Source of the DNA: Monocercomonoides exilis PA203
Lineage: Eukaryota; Protista; Preaxostyla
Direction of reading: 5' to 3'
Length of the DNA stretch: 64,000 bases
Assembly: GCA_001643675.2 (NCBI GenBank)
Contig: LSRY02000019.1
Coordinates: forward strand, 1,054,001 to 1,118,000
Translations under genes and position numbers: made by a program
Shown here: in pieces, positions 37,037-48,268 of the stretch
How positions within the stretch are numbered: the first letter of the stretch is position 1
Layout of the letters: each line of letters opens with the position of its first letter
The notes under the pieces: model-generated
Databases searched by the model: none
Seen by the model: the letters and a program-made list of their open reading frames with translations, nothing else
What the model was told of the DNA's origin: nothing

Positions 37037-37852
37037 ATGAACAAAGGAACAAAGAAATCAACGCAGGTCAAACAGCAAGCAAAGAAAATTGAAACAACAA
37101 AGAAAGTTTCAGAGAAGCCTGCAGCAAAAAAAGTTGCACCTACAAAGAAAAGTGAAGAAAATAAGCCAAAGGTTGAACAGAAGCCAAAGGCCGTCGCTGC
37201 AACAAAACCAGCACCAAAAACCGAGAAAAAAGTTGCTGCTCCAGCGAAGCAGCCAGAAAAGAAAGATGCAAAGAAAGCAACAAAGAAGGTTCAAGATAAG
37301 AAAGCAAAGAAGGAAGAGAAAGTTGTAAAGAAAGTTAAAAAGGTCATCAGAAGAAAGAATGGCAGACCTTTGAACAAGAACGACTTTCACGCTAAGAGAT
37401 TGAAGATGCTGAGGCGGAGGAGATATGTTAGATTTGTGATTGATTGCCATCAACAAGCAAAAGATCACATTTTGAAAGCAAGAGAGCTGGTTTGTTGTTT
37501 TAAATTGTATTATATTTGCTTATTGAATATTTTTTTTTTTGCATTTCATGAAAATTATTTCAAACTATTTTTTGCTTATTAGGAAAAATATCTTAAAGAA
37601 CACATCAAAGTTCACGGAAAAACTCACAACTTTGGAAAGAAAGTCAGAACTCTTGTGAAGAGAAACAGAGTTTATGTTCTTTCACGTCCACCATTCACCA
37701 AAAGATATTTGAAGTATCTTACACGTCGCTTCCTCAAAAAGCAAACACTTCGTGATTGGGTTCGTATTATTGCAAATGGAAGAAAAGGATATAAGATGAG
37801 CTACTATAAGATTGAATCTCCAGAAGATGAGGAAGAAGAAGTTGAAGCATAA
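37037..37852 (+). CDS. RPL22: 60S ribosomal protein eL22 with a long Lys/Ala/Pro-rich N-terminal extension; intron about 37490-37582
   Basis: RFVIDC...EL|EKYLKEHIKVHGKTHN...PFTKRYLKYLTRRFLKKQTLRDWVRIIA..K.YKMSYY followed by an acidic tail. Confidence 0.95.
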
Positions 37853-38082
37853 ATTTTCCTTTGATGTATTATTTTTCTTCAAAATCATTTCCTCGTAACA
37901 AAAATAATTCATCAAAACTAATTATTTTCAAAAAAATTTTTTTACTTTTTTTCACTTTAAATAACATTGCAGCATTGGACATTATTATTTTCAAATGAAT
38001 GAAAGATTATTTGTCTGTTCATTTTAATGCTGAAAATTACAAGCACTTTGAAAAACTTTTGAATTTCAAATGTTCATCTTTT

Positions 38083-38120
<38 letters not shown>

Positions 38121-38611
38121 GAAAGCAAATCTTCTTTTATTTCATTTGAAACTTTCTGCTGATGTTTATCATGCACAAATGATAAAAATTTGAAGATAGC
38201 TTTGCATTAATAAGATTCAATTATCAAACGAAATAATTCTTCCTAAAAAAATTTGACAAAAAAGTTGAAGGGTTTTTTATCCTGATTTAGTTTCATCGAT
38301 TTTGGTTTTCACATTTTCTGCAGTTACTATGTGTGAAAGTTAAACGAAATTTTTGTAAAAGAAAATATTATACTAATAATCATCTTTCAAAAAATAAACA
38401 TCCGAAAAGTTTAAGAAAAAATATCCGAACGAATTTTAATTCAGTTTGTTCTTGATGTTTATTAAAGGCATTCATTCTATTAATAAACAACTGCTATTTC
38501 ATAAATGTGCTTATTTTTCTTATTAAAAAGAAGGCTTGATGATAGAGGTATTTTTGAATTTTTTTCCCGTTGATTTTTTTCCTTTCAGTAAAGTCCATTC
38601 GTTTGAACATA

Positions 38612-38868
38612 TGGGTGATTATTTTTGAAAAAATATTTTCCTTTCGAAATTTTCAATTCAAATAACCACCTTGAATATAAACAAATGAACAGTGAAAAGT
38701 GAAAAGACTTATAAAAATACAATTTCATCTTCAATTCGAAAAAATCATTTGTTTTTTAAACAGTTGTGGTGATTGTTGCCTTTGACAATAAAATCTCATC
38801 CTTATGATAAACTATCTTTGTCAAAACAACACCCCGAAAAAAGTTATGATTTCAAAAATAATCACCCA
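38612..38868. mobile_element. MITE, about 257 bp, TA-flanked
   Basis: TA|TGGGTGATTATTTTTGAAA ... TTTCAAAAATAATCACCCA|TA: a perfect 19-bp terminal inverted repeat. Related copies at 20.9-21.6 kb. Confidence 0.75.
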
Positions 38869-38870
38869 TA

Positions 38871-39277
38871 TAGTTAGTGTTAATAATGGTGGACACTTTC
38901 AAAAACTGTGGACAGTAGCATTATCTCAACAACCATTGATAGTTGCTTTTTGACAATTAACCCAATTATTCCCTAATTGAATATGAACTTATAAAGATAT
39001 ACAGAAATGAAAAAACTTGCTCTTCAAAATCAAGAAGATAGCATTTTCTATTTTCGGAGAAACTCGGAAAAATAAGATTCTTCGAGTTTCTCCGAAAAGA
39101 AAAAATTGTTTTTAAAAAATTTCATTGTATTTGTTTGGTGATAAAAACTATTCATATTTGTTTATATTCATTGAGGAAACAATTGGGTTAATTGTTAAAA
39201 AGCAACTGTCAATAGTTGTTGAGATTATGCAACTATCCGCAGTTATTGAAAGTGTCCACCATTATTGACACTAACTA
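38871..39277. mobile_element. Tc1/mariner-like MITE, 407 bp, TIR about 115 bp, TA target duplication
   Basis: TA|TAGTTAGTGTTAATAATGGTGGACACTTTCAA... pairs with ...TTGAAAGTGTCCACCATTATTGACACTAACTA|TA. An extra internal inverted repeat pairs about 39051-39068 with 39081-39098. Confidence 0.9.
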
Positions 39278-39526
39278 TATTGTTTTATTCATTTTTTATT
39301 ATGAAAGACTTGAAAAAATAAAAAATATAAATCGACACTTTTTTTAAAATTTCTTTTAAAAAAAAACTTTCAAGAAAAGAAAAAAAAAAAAAAGGATTGA
39401 AATGATCATTATATTTAATTTAACGAAAAATTGTATAAATCTATTAATAACAGAAAACTTTCAAAATTGTGAAATGAAAATAAGAAATGACAATTAGTTT
39501 AAAATGTATGGTTTGTTCTTTCCACA

Positions 39527-41566
39527 TTAAGGCACCCATTCAACTCTGGTAATTGCTTCTCTCGCGCTTTCTGCAATGAGAAGATCAGGAAGAGATGAAA
39601 GAAGGCGCAGAGAAGGCAAAACACCCTGAAGACGTTCTCGACCAGCAGGATTGATTGCAAGATTAGCTATCGTCTGAAACAAAAAATGAAAAATAAAATG
39701 GAATTTGTCAAAAAAAAAAAAAAAAAAAAAAAAAACCACATATATTTGAAAATACAATAATATATACATAAGATTTTCCTCCCATTTTTTTCAAACCTTG
39801 ATTGAGTTCAATGTAAGCTGAGGATGTTCATTCTGCACTGTTTCCATAAGAATCTCGCAAAGTCCACATTCCACAGCAATTCGTTGTCCATCGAGATTGG
39901 TTGTAATTGCCATTAGAGATTCCAAAATGTTGATTCTAAATACAAATTAAAACAATCAAGAAATAAATATTTTTTTTTAAATTGCAAAAAGAATAATAAA
40001 ACATCATTCAAATAAACAAATTTTGCTTTATTCAAAAAAAAAAAAAAAAAAAGAATATTTCAAACGTTGTTCTTGTCTCTATCTTTTTTTCCTTTAAAAT
40101 GTTGACAAGCACTTCCACTGAACCGTCTTCTATTGCGACTCTCTTTCCGTCTACATGCCCTCTAAAAACAATCATAACACAATGTGCAAATTGCAACATT
40201 GGAAAGATTTAAAAAATAAATTAAATGAACAAAAAAAAAATTCCTTCCATAAAACATAAAATGAGTTATTTTCTCCAATTTGATTTGTAAATCTCCTCAA
40301 TTAATACATTTTCTATCTTTTCTGAAAAATCATGTATTTCTCCCACTTTATTACACAGAACACAATTTCTCCCTTTCTAAACATACGAGATTACAGTTAA
40401 CACAGAAGCCGCTCTTTCAATGACTTCTGCAGTAACACCGTCTATTTGTTTGAAAAGTGCCACAAGCAGCGCAACAAGACCTTAAATATATTGGACATTT
40501 ATTTTGAAAAAATAAAAACAACAGAATCAATGTTATAAGATGAGTACAAACTCAAAAATGTCAAAAAAAAAGCCCCAATTTCAAAAAATATCATTTAAAA
40601 AAATTACTAACATTTTCAAAATATTCCTATCACGACAATCATTACAGAAAAATTCCGTACCTTCTTCTATTGAAATATGAATTGCACTTTCCATTCTTTC
40701 ACAACACGAATAAAGTGAATCCAAAGCAAGAAGTTGCCCATCAGATGTTGCCGAAGGTAAAGCTTGAATCAAAACAGGAATAACCCTTTCAGAAATATTT
40801 GAATTCATTGTTCATCAGACAAATAAAACAATATTCAAAATGATATGAATCTGTATAAATGTTTATAATTTAAATTTCAAACCCTCGCTCAACAGCATTT
40901 TCAACAAACATTGTCGAACAAATGAGATTAATAATTGAATGAACGGTGACACATATATCTGCATTTTCATCTTTCACCTAAAAATTGAAAGCACAAATTT
41001 CAAAAATTAAACTTTTTCATCAAAAAAAGCATACACAAGACAAAATCACATTAAAAGCAGTTTCATGCTTTAGTATTGATTCAACACCAACATGCACAAC
41101 GGCTATTCGAGAAAGTATTGCTGCACTTCTTTGTCTTGCCACTGGATTTTCATCTTTAAGAAGAACAACTAAAGGATCCATAATTCCTTAAAACACAAAA
41201 TTTATAGAAAAAATTAATTCCAAAATTGCAAGTACAGGGAAGTAATTTGAGAACGCACCAAATTGAAGAACCCTGATAATTTTTTCGTGATTGGCAATAT
41301 GCGTATAAAGAAGTGAAAGAGATGATAAGCGTTTTTCTTCAGAAGGATCCGAAAGCAAAGCAATAAGCTTTGGCTCTGTGTTAGTTTCAAATCCATAACT
41401 TAATCTTGGCTCGGTTATTGGGGTCGGAAAACCTAAAAAAATGAATAAATAACATTTCACAGTTAAAATTCATCAAAATACTTTTTACGCTCCGTTGATA
41501 TATATGATCCATATTGTCAGGCTTTTTAGCCTTGGCAAGAATAGTGAAACGCCTCTTGGGATCCAT
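39527..41566 (-). CDS. RSPH14: Radial spoke head protein 14 (Rtdr1)-like armadillo-repeat protein, multi-exon
   Basis: ITEPRLSYGF...PKLIALL...RLSSLSLL...GIMDPLVVLLKDENPVARQR and the C-terminal SAREAITRVEWVP resemble RSPH14 (AYG.RALPKL...; AA.IAI..IEFKP). Confidence 0.78.
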
Positions 41567-41796
41567 TTTTTGTTTTCAGAATAATTTAATTAACTGTTTC
41601 AAACTGATTTAGGGAAGATCAAATTATTCTTAAAAATTTTTATTTATTATAAATATAAAATAAAAATAATACATGAATAAAGGATTTATTTTTAAGTGGA
41701 ACTGAGGATTAGTGAAAAATATTTAATGAAGAAAATGGCAACCACAAAGTTTGAAAGATAAAGAAAAAGTATAAAAAGCAAGAATTCAAAATATGC

Positions 41797-42427
41797 TTAT
41801 GCGCGTGATGCTGAAATTTCAAGAATGTCGTCGCCAATTCTCAATTTTCCGTTTTGTTCAAGGGCTCTCTTTTGTTCTGCTTCATCTTCAAATTCAATGA
41901 AGGCATACAATTTTCCTGTTGCACGGACAATTTTTCCTGGAACTGTGCAAAGTTTAATCTTGTAGCCTGCGAACACGTCCTTCAATTTCTCAACTGTGCA
42001 GCTTGGTGGAAGATTGCCAATGTGAATTGTAACTTTTGAAGGCTCAGATCCTGGAATGCGGCGTGGGCCTCTTGGTCCTCTTCCACGAACGCGTGGAGCT
42101 GGAGCACGAGGTTCAGATTTTGAAACTTCGATGCTGACAGATCTGCCATTGAGCTCTTTGCCACTGAGATTCTCAATAGCTTTTTTGATTCCTTCCTCGG
42201 TTTTCATTTCAACAAAACCGTATCCCCTTGGGCGACCATATGTTGTTGGGATGACGACGGATACACTTTAAAAAATGATCATAAACAAATATAGTCAAAA
42301 AACATTTTTTAAAATAAATGTTCGTTCTTCTAGCATACACTTCACCTGCTTCTTCCAAGAAAGCCTTAAGTTGTTCTGCATTTGTTCTGAAGCTAAGATT
42401 TCTGACAAAAAGACGGTTTGCTGCCAT
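41797..42427 (-). CDS. Two-RRM RNA-binding protein with an Arg/Gly linker; one intron
   Basis: RLFVRNL and RPRGYGFVEM (RRM1); IHIGNL and YAFIEF (RRM2); linker RVRGRGPRGPRR. Confidence 0.9.
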
Positions 42428-42710
42428 GATGATGATTAACTGACTGTTGAGTAAGTTTACGATCACTTGATCTTTTCCCAAAACATGCAGTGTTTTGATC
42501 ATTTCGAATTCTATTTTCATTCCTGTGAAAAAAATCGAAGTACATCTCGAAAGAACAAATAAAATAATATAATAAAAGAATTGTAACACTCTATTAAAAT
42601 ATGTGATGAAATAGAAACAGATAGAAATAAATAAAGAAAATGAAGATAATTTTTTTTGAGATGTGAAAAATTCCTCATTATAAATTATAAAAATACAGTT
42701 AAAAATAAAT

Positions 42711-44732
42711 TTAGCTTGACATTTTCGTTCCATTTATTAATTTTTTTGTTTCATGGGTCTCATTTCCTTGCTCAGGACCATTTTTCTCATCGCCAGAAAT
42801 AGATTCCAAAGACCTTCCTTTTGTTTCTGGAACAGCAACCACAATAAACACAACCATAAATATGCAAAGTATGCAGAAGATGGTGAACAGCCACTTCACA
42901 GTGAGTGCATTGACGATGGCGAAGTAGCAGAAAGTGATGATGATGTTAGCAATCCAGTTGAAGACAGAAATAACACTCATGGCTCTGCCTCGATATTCCT
43001 GTGGATACAATTCAGAGACCATCACATAAAATATCGGACCGGGACCTATTTCGAAGCCTAAAAGGAAAATAGCCATTCCTGAAATGGAAGAAGTTACAAA
43101 TATTATTATTGTTAATAATAATGTGTTTAAGAAAGAAAGAAAGGAAATAAAAAAGATAAAGAAGATAAATAGGAAAAAAAAAAGATTATAATTATTATGA
43201 TCAGAAAAATTAAGAAATAAAAGTAGTTGAAAAAAAAAAGTCTTGCTCAAACAAGAAATACAAACCTGGAAGCTGCAACGAAAACATTTTCTCAGCAAGA
43301 GATTTGATGATAGTGGAAAGAACAACCATGAAATGGCCCAACCCCATCAAGCTGAATCCTGTAATCAGAAGAGGAACTCTTCCAAAGACATCAACCTGAA
43401 TAATAATAATAATAATAATAATAAAAGAAAGATGGAATTATAGAAATGGATTGAAAGTTTCGTTGAAATTATGAAAATATATTTTTTCGTAGAAAAAAAA
43501 AAGGAAATAATATTTAAAGAAAAGAGAAACAACGAAAAAAGAAAAGAAATTGAAAATAAAAGAAATAGAAAAGAGAAGACAAAAAAAGAAATTTGCATTT
43601 TGAATGAATTTTAAACATATTTACAATTTCAAAAAAGAATTTCTTCTTCTTTTTTCACATAAATTTATCTTCAAAAACATCCACGTACCAGAAACACAGC
43701 AATCAGTGTTGTAATGAAGTTCCAAAAGCCAACACCCATGGTGGCCAGAAGTTTGTATGACATGGTTGTAAGCCCTGCTTTCTCAACAATGTTTGGCGAG
43801 TACATAATAATCGCATTGATTCCTGTGAGCTGTTGGAAGATTGACAGAATAAAACCTACAATAAACGCTCTCTTTGAAGATAAAAGTGCAACAATTAAGC
43901 CCTTTGCGGACTCAACCAACTTTGCAAAGAATGATGAATTTCCACTACCCGAGTTACTCTTTTCACTGGCGTGCTGTTTTTGAAGTTTGTGGTCTTCTTC
44001 CCATCTCTTTGATTCAGGGAAGAAAAACAAACCAACAGTAAAAATAAGTGGAAATAAGGTGGTGAAAGCCAATTCATATCTACAAATCGAATGCACATTA
44101 ATTAAATTCAAATAAGTTGCAATGAAAATTTAGAACAAACTTCCATCCGAGATGAACAGGATTAAAGAGATAGTTAATGGTGTAGGCAATAAAGATTGAA
44201 AAAGTGACTGTTAGTTGATAGAGGGAAACAACAGTTCCTCTCCTTTTTGCACTGGATTGTTCAGATGCGTAAAGAGGGGCTACTATTTGAATTACTCCAA
44301 CAGGAAATCCTGAAAGAAGTCGAAAAGCTATAAAAACGCCAACATGTGATTGAATGGCTTGAACAATTCCACAAATAATCACCGCTATAGACGATACGAT
44401 AAGAACCTTTTTTGGTCCGAATTTATCTGAAAAAAATCCTCCCAAAGTGCATCTTTATTGGATTATATAACGGAAAATTCAATTTATTCTCATACCCAAT
44501 TGCAGCTCCAATCAACATTGACGAAGATATAAAACCTCTTAAAAAATCACTCATATCTTTCCAAGGGCTCTCTTTATTTAAATTTGAAACAAGAGAATAG
44601 AAAAAATATTTCTACATAAAATATTAATAAACCTTCAATAACACCAGAAGTTATCGATTGGGCAAAACCGTGCGATGCCCCACCTAATGCGGAAACGAAG
44701 ATTGCGGCTGGATGGTTAATATAAGTTGCCAT
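42711..44732 (-). CDS. Sugar porter (GLUT-like) MFS transporter, multi-exon
   Basis: SDKFGPK, PLYASE....RRG, PESKRW, QQLTGINAIIMYSP, GPGPIFYVMVSELYP...RG and VPETKGRSLE. Confidence 0.93.
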
Positions 44733-44909
44733 TAAGAAAATCTTTCCGCAATAATTTGATCTTTAACCATTTTCAGATAAATATTTATTTCTTTTATTCA
44801 AAATTATCATTGTTAAATTAAATCCGTTGTTTAATACAAAAAGTTCAACGCATTTATTATCAAATAGAACATTTAGCTTTTAATAAAAAGGAAAGTTTAT
44901 CCTTTTTTC

Positions 44910-46541
44910 ATGGAGAATGGTTCATCGAAATCCTTCTGTAAAGTGTCAAATTGGGTTGATGGGTATATTTTTAATTGAAAAATAAAAATAAAATAAGTAT
45001 CTCTTTTTGCAGGGGTTTAATGTTTTTTGCTTTTGCAGTAGCCATTGAAGAACTGATAAGAAATGATATTGTGCGATTTTGTGTCTATGGAAGATATAAA
45101 ATGAGTAACAGGACATTGTTTAGAATTCTTTTGCCAATTCCTCTATTTCTTCGGTTGTTTTATTTTGTTTAATAGCTTATCAAATCTTTTAACATTTTTT
45201 TTTGAATATTTTTTTAGTGCACTTGCTTCGTTTGCATTTCCTTCAATATGCGTAAATGTACACGAGGAAAATGTCCATTCAAAAGTATTATTAGCTTGCG
45301 ATAATTATTGCTTTGATGCTGTTTTCATGATAGTTGTCATTCAATGGGCTTCTGTTGCGTTTCCGATTAAAAAGAAAACAATAATTTCAACATTACTTGT
45401 TTTTATTACTGTTATTGGATGTGTAATAATACCTATATTGCTTATTATAATTGTAAATATTACTAAAGTTCGAAATGATTCGACTTTTGAAACTGTGCAA
45501 ATGATAGACCTGTATTACCTTGTTGTTCTCAACTTTGTAATAGCTTTGCTGTATCTTGTGTTTGGTACACTTGAAACCTTTTTGCTTTTTTATTCATTCA
45601 CATATATAAATCATTGTTATCTATACATATATTTTATTATGATTATTTGCATAGGAATTTTGGCAACAAAAAAATTGAGCAAACTGCAACTAAATACACC
45701 ATATTTACGAAGCATGCTCCGTGAAGTGCTGCTTGAAATGCTGCTGTGCTGCATTTGCTTTGTGCTCAGAGCGTTCTTCCTGCTTTTCATTTTCCATGTG
45801 AAAATGGATGTCATTCCAGAAGCAATCCTTTCGTTGCTGAAGACATTGCTGGGAGAGTGTGTTTTGTCTTGCTTGATGGAGGCCATGCTTGCATTCAGGA
45901 AGCCGAATGAAGAAGGAGGGGGCAAATCGAAAGGAATGAACTGCAGTCAAGAAAATCTACGTGCTGGAGAGAATATCGAGGCAAAAAAGAAGCAAGGTTC
46001 AGGAAAGAAGAAGAAGAAAAAGAAGAAGAAAAAGATGCTATATAAGGTTCGTTCAAGAGAGCAGTCCATAAATCAATTACTTGTTCAAAATGGAGAAAAT
46101 ATTGTTAGGAGCACAAGGGATAGAAAGAGGGAGAGAGATGCGAACGATGCATATAGCATGAAAAGCGAAGATTATTTTGAATACGAAAATAAAGGGAATC
46201 ATGCAGATGAAGGAGATAATGTGTCAATTCGAAGCGAACTGACAAGAGAAGATTTTGCTTTCAGCACAAAAAGGAATAAAGCAGAAAAGGACACCGACTC
46301 TATTGTATCAATGACGCTGCTTCAGCACACTGAAATAGGGTTAGCATCTGGTTTTTCATATGGCAAAGTGAACAAAAGCAAAAGCAATCTAATTTTGTAT
46401 GAGCCTACAAATTCCTTTGATTCGCTGCAACAAAGATTTCTTCCTTTAAGTCCAACTACTTTGAGTGTTAATCAAGATCCACATTCTTCATTTAACAGCA
46501 AACAGAAAAAAATTATTTCAGATACAGATGGAAAAGTTTAA
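44910..46541 (+). CDS. Multi-pass (about 7 TM) membrane protein with a long cytosolic tail, possibly THH1/TOM1/GPR137-like
   Basis: A series of hydrophobic helices over several exons (CICFVLRAF), then a charged tail. Family assignment is tentative. Confidence 0.6.
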
Positions 46542-47569
46542 AGTCACAACTCTTCTTCTTTATCGCCATCGTCATCGTCGTAGTCATCATCATCATTATC
46601 ATCATCATTGCTTTTGTCGTTGTTGTTGCAATCTTCGATGACTCAACCATTATTTAACAGCTTCGTTTCTCCCCCAACTTCTGCAATATACGGTTCAAGC
46701 ACGTTTATCTGATTGTTTAAAACTTTGTACTTACATGGACAAATCAATACTTTTTATTTGTGCAACATCGTTGATGTTGATTATTTGGTATGTTGACACG
46801 TGCTTGAAACACAAAATGCAAAGGTTGATGAAAGTGCCAACGGTGTTTTGCAGTTTTCTATTTTCGTTAAATTCGAGATTAAGAATCAATTAAAGGAATA
46901 GAAAATGAAAATGAAAATGAAGTTTGCTTGGAATCAACTTTGGAGAAGTTATCTTTACAATCAAAAATACAGGAATATTTCATATTTACTTAGCAATTGA
47001 ATGTATTTGAAACATTTAATTTAATTTATTGAACAAAAGGGATGCGCAACATGAAAGATTTGAGAAATCGAATATGTTTTGTAAAGAAACACAATTTTAT
47101 ATCTGGAAGTGTGTTTTTCTGTTGTTTCTAATTTTCTGTAATTTATTCTCTACATAATCAATGATTTTGGCACATGTTATAATTATTTCAATTTTTTGTG
47201 TTATCAATTTTAATTTTTTAACTTTTGGTTATTAAAAATTTATTTCCTTTCAAATTGACATTTTAAGAGTTATCTTCTTATTTTTTTATTGATTTTGAAT
47301 TGTAAAGCATTGTTCATTTTTTGTTTACAGAAAACATATTACGCGCCATTTATTTACCAGTTTATTTTTCACATTTAAAAAAATATTTACAGATAATTGG
47401 CTAAAAATTTGTTTTTTCAAAAAATGTTGCAAATGTTTCCAGAAACTTATTAAAGAAAAAAATTGGATCAAGTAACTTTATTTTTCAAAAAAAAAAAAAA
47501 AAATTAAAATAAAAAAAAAATAGAATAAGACTTAAATTTTAAAAATGTTACAAGCACTCAAAAGTCTAA

Positions 47570-48080
47570 GGTAAGAGCAGAAGATAGGGGTACCTAAAAA
47601 TCTTAAAGCTAATCATTCATCCTGCATAATAATCAAGCCACATGCTATTTATAAGATAAATAATAACAATTTTTTAGGTTTGGAGAAAAATTAGTGTGTA
47701 TCAATGAATAAATCATGTTAAAAAGAAACCCAAAGTTTTCACTTAAAAAATTTTTTTGAAGTATCACGGTTATCCACATCTTCAGAATCTTCTTTAAATG
47801 TAACACCATTGAAAACCATGATATTACGTCCTGTTTCTAGGTCTTTGACGGAAATAATTTTATTTTTCCTTTTCATATCAATATTATTAAATGGAACAAA
47901 ATATAAAAAAACTTGAAAATAAATCGGAATATGAAATTGTTTGTTTCATTTTTCCTTCATAATTTTCTTATTTGATATGTAACTTATATGAAACACATGA
48001 ATAAATGTGAATATCATTTTTATTACAAAATATTGCAAAACAAAGAAAAAACTTTGGTACCCCTATTTTCTGCATTTACC
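47570..48080. mobile_element. Non-autonomous Merlin-type DNA transposon, 511 bp, 8-bp target-site duplication
   Basis: Left end GGTAAGAGCAGAAGATAGGGGTACC and right end GGTACCCCTATTTTCTGCATTTACC form an imperfect TIR, flanked by identical AAGTCTAA at 47562-47569 and 48081-48088. Confidence 0.88.
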
Positions 48081-48268
48081 AAGTCTAATCATATATCTAA
48101 TCATATGAATTATTTGATCTTTTCTTTTTTTTTTTGGATAATCATATAAGATCACACTTAAATTATTAAGGGCTTTCATAGGAAATCCAAGGATATTTTC
48201 CATATATTTGGTGAATAAAAGGCTTTCAAAGAAATTTTACAATTTGATTGAAGGATTGTTGATTTTCG

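Noticed and set aside
13865-46712. Genome-wide TAA/TAG = Gln code, suggested by in-frame TAR codons in the Ser-rich pseudogene, the transposase (KI*VAV) and the membrane-protein tail
   Set aside because: Conserved genes end at TAA/TAG exactly where expected (eL22, MGL, RSPH14, PP2C), long genes contain no internal TAR, and the transposase also has an in-frame TGA.
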